Made by a program: the position numbers and the translations under genes. The notes below the pieces were generated by a model, which saw only the letters and a program-made list of their open reading frames with translations, was not told where the DNA came from and did no database searches. From Candidatus Latescibacterota bacterium (GTDB lineage: Bacteria; Latescibacterota; UBA2968): a stretch of DNA of 64,000 bases. The stretch spans positions 352,001 through 416,000 of the forward strand of contig OZ241986.1 of the NCBI GenBank assembly GCA_965204375.1. Reading direction: 5' to 3'. Every line of letters starts with the position of its first letter. The stretch's first letter is position 1. Shown one piece after another: positions 1 through 10,813 of the stretch.

Positions 1-609
1 TGTGATTTCATCCAGGTCCGTATAGCCCGTGGTCACGCCAGTCAGCGCGCCTGGTTGTTCGTGCGCGCGCTCAATCGCTACATAAGCCTCTTCAATTGCG
101 GATGCAAGGGGCATAACGCCTTTGCCCAATTCGCCTTCGGCTATTTGAAAGACCCGTTGTTCGGCACGGTCAATGAGCTCGCGCACATCCTCGGTTTCTT
201 CATAGCTTTCGGTAAGCGTTTGGGTCGCTGCGGCTATCAATCGCCGCCTCTGCGCCTTTTCCAGTACGATCTGCGCGTGGTATTCGGCATTGGCTGCTGT
301 CGCCATTTCACTGGCTAACTCAGCAATGAAAACCGCGCCGCCGACATCGTCGAGTTGTCCTCGTCGCACGAGTTCTGCGGTCAGTGTGACTTGATCGACG
401 GGATCGCCGCGCTCAGATAATTTTTGAATTGCCGCATAGACTTTTCGATGTGGCGTATGGTAAAACGCCGTTTCATCCCCCAATACTTCTACCGCGCGAT
501 TGATTGCCATATTGTCAATCAACATGGCGCCCAATACAGCGCGTTCGACTTCGAGTGCCTGAGGCTGTGCGCGTTCAGCCGTGTTCAATGTCGGATTTTG
601 GGCGGCCAT
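1..609 (-). CDS. dnaB: Replicative DNA helicase DnaB, N-terminal part (runs off window start)
   Basis: Manual translation from ATG at 609: [32 protein letters not shown]...FYHTPHRKVYAAI...GDPVDQVTL...ANAEYHAQIVLEKA...LTGVTTGYTDLDEIT, a typical DnaB N-terminal domain and linker. The start overlaps the udg stop (TGATG). Confidence 0.93.
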   Translation of the reverse strand, partial: MAAQNPTLNTAERAQPQALEVERAVLGAMLIDNMAINRAVEVLGDETAFYHTPHRKVYAAIQKLSERGDPVDQVTLTAELVRRGQLDDVGGAVFIAELASEMATAANAEYHAQIVLEKAQRRRLIAAATQTLTESYEETEDVRELIDRAEQRVFQIAEGELGKGVMPLASAIEEAYVAIERAHEQPGALTGVTTGYTDLDEIT

Positions 610-1280
610 CAGATTTCAGTCCCATCGTAAAGTTTGCGAACCAGTTTCAAGTCTTCCCATGCAGGGCGCTTCCAGTGTGCATTTCTCAACAGGGCAGCAG
701 GGTGATATGTGGGGACTAATTTCGCGCCCTGATATTCAAAAATTTGTCCTCGCAAACGCCCCATTGACTCGGTGGTCTGCAACAGGGTTTGCGCGGCAAA
801 ACGTCCCAAAGTACAGATTACAACCGGCGCAATCAAATCAATTTGTTGTAGCAGATAAGGCTGACATTCAGCAATTTCATCGGGTTTGGGATCCCGGTTA
901 TTGGGAGGCCTGCATTTGATAATGTTGGTGATATAGACGTCTTCGCGCGTCAAACCCATGGCTTCGATCATTCGCGTCAACAATTGTCCCGCAGCCCCTA
1001 CAAAAGGCAACCCCTGCCGGTCTTCTTCCGCACCGGGTGCTTCACCGACAAACATGAGGTCTGCATTAGTGCGTCCGCTTCCAAACACGACTGAGATGCG
1101 CGTTTGCGCCAATCCACATTTTTGACAGTTGCAAGCCTCTTGATCCAAAATAGTCAGGGGATCAGCGCCTGATTCCCGATTATCCATCCGCGCAACCGAG
1201 GCGGGCGCATAAGCGATTTCTCGCGATAGAAAATCGCGTGCAAGCGCGAGGGTTTCCAAGAGGTCGGGGGATTCATCCAT
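609..1280 (-). CDS. Uracil-DNA glycosylase, family 4 ([4Fe-4S])
   Basis: [32 protein letters not shown] and [10 protein letters not shown] motifs. Start taken at ATG 1280 (MDESPD). Confidence 0.92.
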   Translation of the reverse strand: MDESPDLLETLALARDFLSREIAYAPASVARMDNRESGADPLTILDQEACNCQKCGLAQTRISVVFGSGRTNADLMFVGEAPGAEEDRQGLPFVGAAGQLLTRMIEAMGLTREDVYITNIIKCRPPNNRDPKPDEIAECQPYLLQQIDLIAPVVICTLGRFAAQTLLQTTESMGRLRGQIFEYQGAKLVPTYHPAALLRNAHWKRPAWEDLKLVRKLYDGTEI

Positions 1281-2478
1281 GCGCGTTCTCCCAACGCGAC
1301 ACCAGCCAATCCAAAATGCGGTCTGCCACATCGCGTTTGGACATCAGAGGCAATGCGACAGGTTCTCGATGGGATTCTATAAAAGTCACGACATTGGTAT
1401 CGACGCCAAATCCCGCACCTTCCACATTCAATTCGTTCAGCACAATCAGGTCAAGGTTTTTCTCGTGGAGTTTTTTGCGGGCATTTTCCAGCGCGTGATC
1501 GGTTTCCATCGCAAACCCGATTACGACTCGCTCACCCTTGTTTTGTCCCAGGGAAATTAAAAAATCTTCGTTGGGTAGAAGGTGAAGCGAAAGACCGCCA
1601 TCGCGTTTTTTGATTTTTGATTTGGACACATGTTCGGGGCGAAAATCGAGTACTGCTGCGGTCATAATTAGCGCGTCGGCATGCTGATATGCGCGGACGG
1701 TTGCTACTTTTAAGTCGGCAACTGTGCGGATAGATTCGACCTGTACACCGGCGGGGGCGGTGAGTTCTGTTGGCCCGCTGATCAACGCGACATCAGCCCC
1801 TCGGCGGCACGCTTGTTCGGCAATGGCATAGCCCATTTTACCCGTTGAGCGATTGGTGATAAAACGCACGGGATCAATGGGTTGCTCGGTTCTGCCCGCT
1901 GTCACTACAATGCGTTTCCCGGCAAGTGATTGCGTCGCGCCTATCATACTACTGGCTTCATCCACAATCTCATGGGGTTCGGCCATGCGCCCCATTCCCT
2001 CGGCACCCGAGGCGAGTAATCCCGCCCCCGGCCCAACCATCCGATAGCCATCTTTTTTTAAGAGCTCGACATTTTGCCGCACAGCACCGCGTTCCCACAT
2101 TTGAGTTTCCATTGCCGGGGCGAGTAAAACAGGTGCTTCTGCAGCCAACAACGCACAGGTCAAAAGGTCGTCGGCTAATCCATGGGCCAATTTTCCCATG
2201 CAATTTGCAGTTGCTGGCGCAACAATGATTAGATCGGCCCACTTGCCCAAATGTACGTGGATAACATCGGGGTCGCCGTCTGACGGAAACAAATCCGTAT
2301 AGACGCGATGGTGTGAGAGTGCTTCAAAAGTGAGGGGCTGCACAAACTTCTGTGCAGAAGGTGTCATGACCACCCGAACCTCTGCGCCTGCATTCTGAAG
2401 GAGGCGCAATAAGAATACGCTTTTATAGGCGGCAATTCCACCGCTAACGCCCAGCAGAATCCTCTTTCCCGTCAGCAT
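1273..2478 (-). CDS. coaBC: Bifunctional phosphopantothenoylcysteine decarboxylase/synthetase
   Basis: [49 protein letters not shown] and GFAMET motifs. Confidence 0.96.
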   Translation of the reverse strand: MLTGKRILLGVSGGIAAYKSVFLLRLLQNAGAEVRVVMTPSAQKFVQPLTFEALSHHRVYTDLFPSDGDPDVIHVHLGKWADLIIVAPATANCMGKLAHGLADDLLTCALLAAEAPVLLAPAMETQMWERGAVRQNVELLKKDGYRMVGPGAGLLASGAEGMGRMAEPHEIVDEASSMIGATQSLAGKRIVVTAGRTEQPIDPVRFITNRSTGKMGYAIAEQACRRGADVALISGPTELTAPAGVQVESIRTVADLKVATVRAYQHADALIMTAAVLDFRPEHVSKSKIKKRDGGLSLHLLPNEDFLISLGQNKGERVVIGFAMETDHALENARKKLHEKNLDLIVLNELNVEGAGFGVDTNVVTFIESHREPVALPLMSKRDVADRILDWLVSRWENAHG

Positions 2479-2671
2479 AGGTCACCTGAATTTTCTTTTC
2501 TACAATTCGGTCCAGTGCAATGGTTGTTATTTTTTCTTCACCTTCGGGCACACCCGCAACCAGCCGGGCTTTATTCAACCTTCGCGCTTCTTTTGATGCC
2601 AGCAATACGGCTTTATAGGTATTCATATCCCCTTCAACTGTTAATTCCTCAGTGAAAAATACATTCGACAT
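2444..2671 (-). CDS. rpoZ: RNA polymerase omega subunit
   Basis: 75-aa ORF (NTYKAVLLASKEARRLN...KITTIAL) with RBS AAGGAG before ATG 2671, in the canonical gmk-rpoZ-coaBC order. Confidence 0.85.
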   Translation of the reverse strand: MSNVFFTEELTVEGDMNTYKAVLLASKEARRLNKARLVAGVPEGEEKITTIALDRIVEKKIQVTYADGKEDSAGR

Positions 2672-2748
2672 AACGCACTCCTTGTTAGAAATGGGCTTTC
2701 GCACTGCAATAACGGACCAGAGACAGGCCGGGAGCATAGCACGAGTTT

Positions 2749-3402
2749 TTAGAGACTCAAACGACGCAAACACATCCGCCGTGTGCGCCGTCGCTCTGCG
2801 CGAATAATAGCGAACAAATCGGCGATGGCCTGTTCCAATTTGTCATTTACGACAACGTAATCGCTGTTTTTTGCCTGGACGAGTTCAGAAACGGCATTTT
2901 CCATACGCAAGCGAAAGGCCGAAGCACTTTCAGACTGCCGCGCATTGAGGCGCTCTGCAAGCACATCGAGAGAAGGCGGCACGACAAATACGGTCACGCA
3001 GCGATCTCCCAAGACTTTTTTCCACGCGGCCACACCTTGCACATCGACGTCCATTAACATCACATGTCCACCGCACAGAGCTTCTGCAACCGCGTCGAAT
3101 GTCGCGCCGTAAAGATGTCCATGTACTTCGGCAGACTCGATAAAATCGCCTCGCGTTTGCATGGATTCAAATTGTGCAACTGTCACAAAATGACGGGCAA
3201 CACCCTGTATTTCGTCATCGCGAGGTGGTCGCGTCGTTGTCGTCACACAGCGCCGTATGCTTGAATCTGCACGCAAAACCCCCTGGCACATCGACGTTTT
3301 TCCAACTCCCGATGGCCCGGCGACGACCACGGCAAATGCGGCGGGATTATCACTCAGCTTTTGCCGAATCCATTCAACATCAGTTTCTTCTGATTTAATC
3401 AT
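2749..3402 (-). CDS. gmk: Guanylate kinase
   Basis: GPSGVGKT P-loop, TTTTRPPR..E..G, HLYG and DVDVQG motifs. Confidence 0.95.
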   Translation of the reverse strand: MIKSEETDVEWIRQKLSDNPAAFAVVVAGPSGVGKTSMCQGVLRADSSIRRCVTTTTRPPRDDEIQGVARHFVTVAQFESMQTRGDFIESAEVHGHLYGATFDAVAEALCGGHVMLMDVDVQGVAAWKKVLGDRCVTVFVVPPSLDVLAERLNARQSESASAFRLRMENAVSELVQAKNSDYVVVNDKLEQAIADLFAIIRAERRRTRRMCLRRLSL

Positions 3403-3411
3403 CCGCGATTT

Positions 3412-4284
3412 TTACTCGATGTTTTGAACCTGTTCTTTGAGTTTTTCAATTTCTTCTTTGATATCCACGACCACATGGGCTATCGTCGCATCACCCGCTT
3501 TGGATCCCATGGTATTGGCTTCCCTGAGCATTTCTTGCAGCAAAAAATTGAGACGACGGCCAACTGCTTCTTTGCGTTCGAGCATCTCGAGAAACTGCGC
3601 GTTGTGACTGTGAAAACGCACACATTCTTCTGTTATGTCGCTGCGGTCAGCCAAGAGGGCAATTTCCATCAACAACCTGCTCTCATCAATTTGTTCAGGT
3701 GTTAATAATTGCGCCAATTTTTCCTCTAACCGCGTTCGAACAGTTTCTACACGCTCGGGTGCGAGGGCTTCGACGCGTTGGAGAAAATCGTTGAGTACTG
3801 AAATGCGCGTGCAGAGATCACGGGCGAGTTTTTCACCTTCTGTTAGGCACATGGCCCGACAGGCGTCAATGGCTTGACAGAGTGCAACAGATACCACTTG
3901 CCAGAGGGCTTCAGAATCGAGTTCGGGAACTTCAAATGCGAATATTTGAGGCAATTGGGCCATTTGCATCAAATCGATATCGCCCGATATATCCGCGCGA
4001 ATTTTCTCGATCCCTTTGAGATATGCGGCCAGCACTTCGGGCTTGAGTACGGGAAGGCCCTGCTCTGATGCAGCATCCTGCAAAGTGATACTTACATCGA
4101 GTCGTCCTCTTGTAAAGACCGATAAAACGCGTTCTTTGATGCGAGGTTCAAGCTCAGACAAAGAACGGGGCATGCGTACCATCACATCGCCATAGCGTCC
4201 ATTGACCGACCGAATTTCAACAATAACGCGGCCTAATTCCCCTTCTGCAACACCCTTTCCAAAACCGGTCATGCTGGCGACCAT
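3412..4284 (-). CDS. yicC: YicC/YloC family endoribonuclease
   Basis: SMTGFG, EIRSVNGR, DITEECVRFHSH, GRRLNFLLQEMLREANTMGSK and EQVQNIE motifs; located upstream of gmk. Confidence 0.93.
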   Translation of the reverse strand: MVASMTGFGKGVAEGELGRVIVEIRSVNGRYGDVMVRMPRSLSELEPRIKERVLSVFTRGRLDVSITLQDAASEQGLPVLKPEVLAAYLKGIEKIRADISGDIDLMQMAQLPQIFAFEVPELDSEALWQVVSVALCQAIDACRAMCLTEGEKLARDLCTRISVLNDFLQRVEALAPERVETVRTRLEEKLAQLLTPEQIDESRLLMEIALLADRSDITEECVRFHSHNAQFLEMLERKEAVGRRLNFLLQEMLREANTMGSKAGDATIAHVVVDIKEEIEKLKEQVQNIE

Positions 4285-4339
4285 ACCCGCTCCCACCTGC
4301 TGGCAAATGCAGTAAAAATGTCTGAAATAATAGCCAAAA

Positions 4340-4368
4340 AAGATAGTCAATTTACATATTATTGTCAA
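4340..4368 (-). promoter_or_regulatory. Putative sigma70 promoter for the yicC-gmk-rpoZ-coaBC-udg-dnaB operon
   Basis: TTGACA-N17-TATCTT on the minus strand. Confidence 0.6.
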
Positions 4369-4469
4369 TCAAACTGGATAGAACTACGGATTTGAGGTTG
4401 TCAATCGCATTTTCTCACGTCTCGCAATTGGGGGTATCAGGTGGTGCTTTTCTACAATCAGGTCTTAGA

Positions 4470-4498
4470 TTGACTTGAACAGGGCAAGGCGGTATATT
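4470..4498 (+). promoter_or_regulatory. Putative sigma70 promoter for the lepA operon
   Basis: TTGACT-N17-TATATT. Confidence 0.55.
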
Positions 4499-4585
4499 CT
4501 CATGCTTTATAGCTTTCATTGCGCTACTGAGACAGTCAGACGCGCTTTCATACACGAATTTCCGAACTTGTTACAACACAAAAAC

Positions 4586-6385
4586 ATGAATCTCCAGAAT
4601 ATTCGAAATTTTTCCATTATCGCGCATATTGATCACGGTAAATCGACTCTGGCCGACCGGTTGCTCGAACAGACGCAAACTCTGAGCAAATTTCAAATGC
4701 AAGATCAGGTGCTCGATAGCATGGACCTCGAACGCGAGCGGGGTATTACCATCAAGTCGCACGCCATTCGCATGGATTATACAGCGCCAGATGGTCAGAT
4801 TTATGAACTCAATCTCATCGATACGCCGGGTCATGTCGATTTCTCTTATGAGGTCTCGCGCAGTCTCACCGCGTGTGAGGGGGCGTTGCTCCTCGTTGAC
4901 GCGGCGCAGGGAGTTGAAGCCCAAACCGTTAGCAATGTCCTCCTCGCCATGGAGCACGACCTGTTCATCATTCCCGTGATTAATAAAATTGACCTGCCCG
5001 GTGCCGAGGTTGATCGCGTAGTGATGCAACTTCACGATTTGCTCGGTGTCGAAGAAGAAGAAATTGTCAAAATCAGTGCTAAAGAGGGCATTGGGATCGA
5101 TAAACTTCTGACTGCCATCATCGATGAGATACCACCCCCTGAAGGGAATCCGGACGCACCGCTTAAGGCTCTCATTTTCGATTCCATTTTCGATCAATAT
5201 CGCGGTGTCGTGGCTTATGTGCGCGTGTTTGATGGTGTTTTGGAAAAAAATATGCCTATCCGCCTCTTTTCGACCCACCAAAATTACGACGCCGAAGAGA
5301 TCGGTACTCTCAAACTCAAACGCATCAAACAACAAAGCCTCAGCACGGGCGAAGTTGGGTATCTCATCGCGGGTATCAAAGATCTTGAAGACGCCCGGGT
5401 AGGCGATACCGTTACCGGCTCTGCGAATCCCGCCTCTCATCCCTTGCCCGGCTACCAGGAAGTCAAACCCATGGTCTTTGCCGGACTTTATCCCGTATCA
5501 TCAGATGACTTTGAAAACCTTCGCTCTGCGCTCGAAAAACTGCACCTTAACGATGCGTCATTGTCCTACGAACCCGAAACTTCGACAGCACTCGGTTTCG
5601 GGTTTCGATGTGGCTTTCTGGGCCTGCTTCACATGGAAATTGTCCAGGAGCGACTGGACCGCGAATTTGACATAGACATCATCACTACTGTGCCCAATGT
5701 CGAATATCGCGTGCGTCTGACCAGTGGCGAGCAAATCGATGTGCAAAATCCCGCTGAGATGCCACCTGCGGGAAATATAGAAGATATTGCCGAACCCATA
5801 CTCGATGCCCAAATTCTGGTGCCCTCTGAATATGTGGGCAATATTATGCGTATTGCACAAGATCGTCGAGGCCATTATCGGACGACCGAATACATCGATC
5901 CCACCCGTGCCCTCTTGCGCTATGATCTGCCGTTATCCGAAATTGTAATCGATTTCTACGACCGCCTCAAATCGGTCTCGCGCGGTTATGCATCGTTTGA
6001 CTACGAATACAAAAAACACCAGGCAGCGGATCTGGTCAAACTCGACCTGCTCATCAATGGCGAACCCTTAGACGCACTCTCTGCAATTGTTCACCGCGAT
6101 AAAGCCTATGAATGGGGGCGCGCGTTGAGCCAAAAACTCAAAGCACTGATCCCGCGCCAGCTCTTTGAAGTCGTTATTCAAGCGGCAATCGGTGCCAAAG
6201 TGATCTCGCGCGAAACCGTGCGTCCCTTCCGCAAGAATGTTACTGCCAAATGTTATGGCGGCGATATTACCCGCAAGCGCAAACTCCTCGAGCGTCAAAA
6301 AGAGGGCAAAAAGCGCATGAAACAAGTCGGCGCAGTAGAAATTCCTCAAGAGGCGTTTCTCGCTGTTTTGCAGATGGAAGTGTGA
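4586..6385 (+). CDS. lepA: Elongation factor 4 (LepA)
   Basis: [48 protein letters not shown] and [15 protein letters not shown] motifs. Start at ATG 4586. Confidence 0.98.
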   Translation: MNLQNIRNFSIIAHIDHGKSTLADRLLEQTQTLSKFQMQDQVLDSMDLERERGITIKSHAIRMDYTAPDGQIYELNLIDTPGHVDFSYEVSRSLTACEGALLLVDAAQGVEAQTVSNVLLAMEHDLFIIPVINKIDLPGAEVDRVVMQLHDLLGVEEEEIVKISAKEGIGIDKLLTAIIDEIPPPEGNPDAPLKALIFDSIFDQYRGVVAYVRVFDGVLEKNMPIRLFSTHQNYDAEEIGTLKLKRIKQQSLSTGEVGYLIAGIKDLEDARVGDTVTGSANPASHPLPGYQEVKPMVFAGLYPVSSDDFENLRSALEKLHLNDASLSYEPETSTALGFGFRCGFLGLLHMEIVQERLDREFDIDIITTVPNVEYRVRLTSGEQIDVQNPAEMPPAGNIEDIAEPILDAQILVPSEYVGNIMRIAQDRRGHYRTTEYIDPTRALLRYDLPLSEIVIDFYDRLKSVSRGYASFDYEYKKHQAADLVKLDLLINGEPLDALSAIVHRDKAYEWGRALSQKLKALIPRQLFEVVIQAAIGAKVISRETVRPFRKNVTAKCYGGDITRKRKLLERQKEGKKRMKQVGAVEIPQEAFLAVLQMEV

Positions 6386-6390
6386 GGAAA

Positions 6391-7080
6391 ATGCCCCCCC
6401 AAAAATCCGTGACTATCGAATATATCAAAGCCATCTTACTCGCGTTTGCACTCGCGCTTTTTATTCGCATATTTATCGTGCAGGCATTTCGCATTCCTTC
6501 GGGATCGATGGAAAACACTTTGCTGGTCGGGGATTTTTTGCTGGCGAACAAATTTATTTATGGCGCTCGCATTCCCCTTATCGATATTCGCCTGCCAGCG
6601 TGGCGCTCGCCAGATCTCGGCGATATTGTCATTTTTCAGTATCCCAGAGATCCGTCCCGAGATTTTATCAAACGCATTGTTGCAGGTCCCGGGCAGAAAG
6701 TTGAAATCAAAGATAAAATCCTTTATGTTGACGACAAGCGCGCGATTGATCCGTCCAGAGCCAAATATATCGATTCTGTTATTCTCCAACGGAGGTCGGC
6801 GGCCAATACGCGGGATAACTACGGACCTAAGATCGTGCCCGAAGACTGTTATTTCGTGATGGGCGATAACCGCGACAGCAGCGAAGACAGTCGATACTGG
6901 GGCTTTCTCAAGCGCGATCTCATTCGGGGGAAAGCATTTATGCTTTACTGGTCCTGGGCACCTGATGATCGCGTTCCCGCATATAGCAATATAACTTCTC
7001 TGCTCAGTATTGCGTTCTATAATCTGTTCCATTTCCCAGAGCGCGTGCGCTGGCAGCGCATTGGTATGCTCGTGGAGTGA
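6391..7080 (+). CDS. lepB: Signal peptidase I
   Basis: TM helix, IPSGSMENTL, FIKRIVA and MGDNRDSSEDSRYWG; follows lepA. Confidence 0.96.
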   Translation: MPPQKSVTIEYIKAILLAFALALFIRIFIVQAFRIPSGSMENTLLVGDFLLANKFIYGARIPLIDIRLPAWRSPDLGDIVIFQYPRDPSRDFIKRIVAGPGQKVEIKDKILYVDDKRAIDPSRAKYIDSVILQRRSAANTRDNYGPKIVPEDCYFVMGDNRDSSEDSRYWGFLKRDLIRGKAFMLYWSWAPDDRVPAYSNITSLLSIAFYNLFHFPERVRWQRIGMLVE

Positions 7081-7086
7081 AACGCT

Positions 7087-8196
7087 ATGCACCTCGGCCT
7101 TTACATTCATATCCCATTTTGTCACTCTCGCTGTCCGTATTGTGATTTTGCATTTGTCGTGGGCAAAAATTATATGGCGACGCGCTATACGGATGCGGTG
7201 ATTGTCGAAATGCAAAATCGCATACAATCTCTCGGAACGCTCCCGGTGTTCAACACGCTTTACTTTGGAGGAGGCACGCCCTCAGCAATACCACCTGGGC
7301 AATTGAATCGGATCACGGCAAGTGCGAAAAACGCGATCGCTCCCGATGCAGAGATTACGGCAGAGGCCAATCCAAATGATTGCGAACACTTTGAAAAATT
7401 ATATGAATACGGCATCAACCGCTTGAGTCTGGGCGTGCAGGCATTTACAGATCGCGCACTCAAAGCACTCGGTCGATTTCACACGGCATCAGATGCGATA
7501 GTTGCGTTTCAAGCCGCCCGTGATGTGGGGTTTAAGAACATAAGTATCGACCTTATGTACGGCGCGCCGGGGCAGACGCCTGAAGAATGGGCAACGAGTA
7601 TTCAGAGGGCCATTGAGTTATGGCCCGAACATATTTCAGTGTATGGACTCACGATTGAACCCCAGACTAATTTTGCGCGCCGCTTTCAAAAGGGGAAATT
7701 GGATGTGCCGCCTGAGACCGACCAGGCCGAGATGTATATGTATGCTATTGACCAACTCGAGGGTGCTGGATACACACATTACGAAATTTCCAATTTTGCC
7801 CGACCGGGATTTGCGTCGCGTCACAATCTCAACTACTGGCATGATCGTCCCTATCTGGGCGTTGGTTTATCTGCACATTCATATTTCGACAATCGCCGGT
7901 CCTGGAATGTGTGCGATCTCACAACTTATATGCAGCGTGTTGAGGCAACCGGATATGCAGTGGAAAGAGAAGAACAGCTTACACCGACACAACATCTGCT
8001 GGAGCGCATTATGCTGGGGTTGCGCCAGCGCCGGGGGCTTCGTGCAGAGTTTTTGAGTCATCCGAAAATCCAAAAACAGTATATCGCGATGGCAAACCAG
8101 CACTTGCTGGAACGAACTGATAACCGCGTTCGCCTGACACGGCGAGGTCTCTTGCTCGCCGACCTGGTATGCACCGAACTCGTTAGAGAACTATAG
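7087..8196 (+). CDS. hemW: Radical SAM heme chaperone HemW (HemN-like)
   Basis: LYIHIPFCHSRCPYCDF, YFGGGTPS, YEISNFA and HNLNYW motifs. Confidence 0.9.
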   Translation: MHLGLYIHIPFCHSRCPYCDFAFVVGKNYMATRYTDAVIVEMQNRIQSLGTLPVFNTLYFGGGTPSAIPPGQLNRITASAKNAIAPDAEITAEANPNDCEHFEKLYEYGINRLSLGVQAFTDRALKALGRFHTASDAIVAFQAARDVGFKNISIDLMYGAPGQTPEEWATSIQRAIELWPEHISVYGLTIEPQTNFARRFQKGKLDVPPETDQAEMYMYAIDQLEGAGYTHYEISNFARPGFASRHNLNYWHDRPYLGVGLSAHSYFDNRRSWNVCDLTTYMQRVEATGYAVEREEQLTPTQHLLERIMLGLRQRRGLRAEFLSHPKIQKQYIAMANQHLLERTDNRVRLTRRGLLLADLVCTELVREL

Positions 8197-9096
8197 ATGG
8201 AATTTCACATCCGGCTACCCGGTTCTACCGCCAATCTCGGTCCTGGTTATGATGCACTGGGCATGGCGCTGTCCATTTACAATCATGTTGTGGTAAAAAC
8301 CCGTTCCCGACCGGGTGTGTCGTTTAGCATAGAGGGTGAAGGCGAAGGTATTTTGCCCTTCGATGAGGAGAATCTCTTCTATCGCGCCGCGCAATTCACC
8401 GCCCAACACGCGGGGAAAATACTGCCCGGGATTGATATCCACATGCACAACATTGTGCCCCTCGCCCGGGGATTGGGCAGCAGTTCAACGGCCATTGTTG
8501 GCGGTGTTGTTGCAGCCAATCACCTCTTATGCGAACCCTTTTCGCAGATGGAGATGCTCGATATTGCCACCGCTATTGAAGGCCATCCCGACAATGTCTC
8601 GCCCTGCTTGCTCGGCGGCCTCACTGCTTCTACTATGGATGGCAACCGCGTTGCATGCGTGCGCGCCCTGCCGCCGAAAGAATTGCGCGCCGTGGTCGCC
8701 ATTCCCGGATTTGAACTCAAAACCGAAGACGCTCGCGATGTTTTGCCCAAGATCATTTCCCACCGTGACGCTGTTTTCAGTACAAGCCGAGCATGCATTG
8801 TTACGGCAGCGCTGATTACGGGAGATTTTGAGCATCTCGCTGTTGGCATGAAAGACCGATTGCATCACCCCTATCGGGCAAAACTCATTCCGGGTTTTGA
8901 TCAGGTACTCGCAGCAGCGGTCAAAGCTGGGGCATGGGGTGCCGCGCTTTCGGGCGCGGGGCCGACCCTCATCGCGCTTACAACCCAAAATGCCGATGCT
9001 ATCGGGCAGGCTATGATCGATATTTGGGCAAAAAAAGATATACAAGCGCGTTATCGCATCCTCGAAATTGATCCATCGGGAGCCACCGTCACATGA
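8197..9096 (+). CDS. thrB: Homoserine kinase
   Basis: STANLGPGYD, PLARGLGSSS, EGHPDN and LSGAGPT motifs. Confidence 0.95.
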   Translation: MEFHIRLPGSTANLGPGYDALGMALSIYNHVVVKTRSRPGVSFSIEGEGEGILPFDEENLFYRAAQFTAQHAGKILPGIDIHMHNIVPLARGLGSSSTAIVGGVVAANHLLCEPFSQMEMLDIATAIEGHPDNVSPCLLGGLTASTMDGNRVACVRALPPKELRAVVAIPGFELKTEDARDVLPKIISHRDAVFSTSRACIVTAALITGDFEHLAVGMKDRLHHPYRAKLIPGFDQVLAAAVKAGAWGAALSGAGPTLIALTTQNADAIGQAMIDIWAKKDIQARYRILEIDPSGATVT

Positions 9097-10811
9097 TTAT
9101 TTCTATGGCATATCCGGGACGCTATATGCGTCTTTTTTATATCGTGCTCGTGGGTTTGCTCATTTTTGACTTTGCGTTTTACCCTTTCGCTGCACACGCG
9201 CAATCTCGCCGCACTGCATCTGAAGAAAAGCCCGAACGGAAATCCCCCAGGCCCTTTACCACGCCTGTTCCCCAAAAAACAGAAGAAGAAGTCGCACCAC
9301 CGGTTGAAATCAAAAGCATTGGCAAAGCAGCCTACGATGCGGTTATTCGGTCGGGGTGCTATATTGTCGGACCGGGGGATGTTTTTGCCGTAGTTGTAAA
9401 TAGTGATGAAGGAATTGAAACCACTGAAGTGCCCGTCGGCGCGAGCGGCAGTTTGCCTTTTCCGTATATTGGACCTGTTTCCGTTGCGTTTTTATCGCTT
9501 GCAGAAGCCAATCTGGCTATCCAGAACGCTATAAAAAAACGCTTTCATCAACTCGATATCTCCATCAGCCTCGCGCGCCTTCGCACATTTCCCATCAACG
9601 TAGTTGGCGAAGTACACATGCCAGGAGCCGTTGATGTTGAAGGTGTCGAACAGGCATCGCAACTTATCACCAAAGCCGGGGGCCTCATTGATGATTTTAA
9701 CCGCAAAGGCTCCAGCCGCAATATCCAGATTATGCGTCTCGATGAAAATGGACAATGGCACAATACGGGACGCCGGATCGATCTCGAGCTATGGAACCGC
9801 ACGGGGAAAGCGCAGTACAATCCCTTTATGCTCGACGGAGAACAAATTGTAGTGCCGGTTGCTCACCGCGATTCCATCTATGTCACAGGTGCAGTACTAT
9901 ACTCGGGTAGCTATGAATTTGCGTCTGGAGATCGCGTGTCCGATCTCATTGTTCTTGGGAATGGTTTGCGTGCCCATTCCCCGCCAAAGCGCGCCCGTCT
10001 TTTGCGCCTGTCGGATGATGGTGAGTGGAGACCCATAGATATCGATCTTTCCCGTGTGCTTGCAGGTGATCCCCAGGCGAATCTCACTTTGCAGGCGGGT
10101 GATAAACTCTATGTTATTGGCGAAACAAAACGGGTTTATGTCGAAGGCGAGGTAAAATTCCCCGGTTCTTTTCCTTTTAAAGAGGGGCTTCGTCTCAAAG
10201 AATTATTACAACGGGCCGAACTTACCCCCGAAGCATCCGTGGTTCAGGCTTCTCTTATTCGAAAAGTCAATTTCGAAGAACAGACCATCGAAGATGATCC
10301 CGCGCTCAATCGATTGCTCGGCATCCCTCGCTCACAGCGCACCGATGCTGAAGAAGCCCTCATTACCCTCAAAACCCAGCAGCTTTCCGGGCGTTTGCCC
10401 ATTGATTTTGTAGCGCTCATGGCTGGTGACGAGCGGCACAATATCCTCCTGCAAGATGGCGATGTCGTCCGCATTCCGCGATTTGTGCCTTCTGTGCGCG
10501 TGACAGGTGCAGTCGTTGCGCCTGCGAATATTCCTTATGATGCGGCGCTTACGGTTGGCGATTATATTGATCTCGCTGGCGGTTTTAACACGCGCGCAAA
10601 ACGAAAAGACATCATCATAGTTGAGGGCAATACGGGCAATGCCATAGATGCCACCGCAGAATCGCTCGTGCGTCCCGGCGATGCGATTTTTGTTCCCCCA
10701 CGAGAGCCCGGGCAGGGCTACCGCATTGCGAGAGAAACTATTGCGATGCTCGGTTCTGTTGCATCGCTTGTTCTGACTATATTTTTCATCGGCAGGGAAG
10801 CGACTAACTGA
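9093..10811 (+). CDS. Polysaccharide export protein with multiple SLBB (beta-grasp) domains (Wza/KpsD-like)
   Basis: N-terminal signal/TM, YIVGPGD Poly_export motif, repeated V.V.GEV..PG / L..GD units and a C-terminal hydrophobic helix. The start may be ATG 9126. Confidence 0.85.
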   Translation: MIISMAYPGRYMRLFYIVLVGLLIFDFAFYPFAAHAQSRRTASEEKPERKSPRPFTTPVPQKTEEEVAPPVEIKSIGKAAYDAVIRSGCYIVGPGDVFAVVVNSDEGIETTEVPVGASGSLPFPYIGPVSVAFLSLAEANLAIQNAIKKRFHQLDISISLARLRTFPINVVGEVHMPGAVDVEGVEQASQLITKAGGLIDDFNRKGSSRNIQIMRLDENGQWHNTGRRIDLELWNRTGKAQYNPFMLDGEQIVVPVAHRDSIYVTGAVLYSGSYEFASGDRVSDLIVLGNGLRAHSPPKRARLLRLSDDGEWRPIDIDLSRVLAGDPQANLTLQAGDKLYVIGETKRVYVEGEVKFPGSFPFKEGLRLKELLQRAELTPEASVVQASLIRKVNFEEQTIEDDPALNRLLGIPRSQRTDAEEALITLKTQQLSGRLPIDFVALMAGDERHNILLQDGDVVRIPRFVPSVRVTGAVVAPANIPYDAALTVGDYIDLAGGFNTRAKRKDIIIVEGNTGNAIDATAESLVRPGDAIFVPPREPGQGYRIARETIAMLGSVASLVLTIFFIGREATN

Positions 10812-10813
10812 AT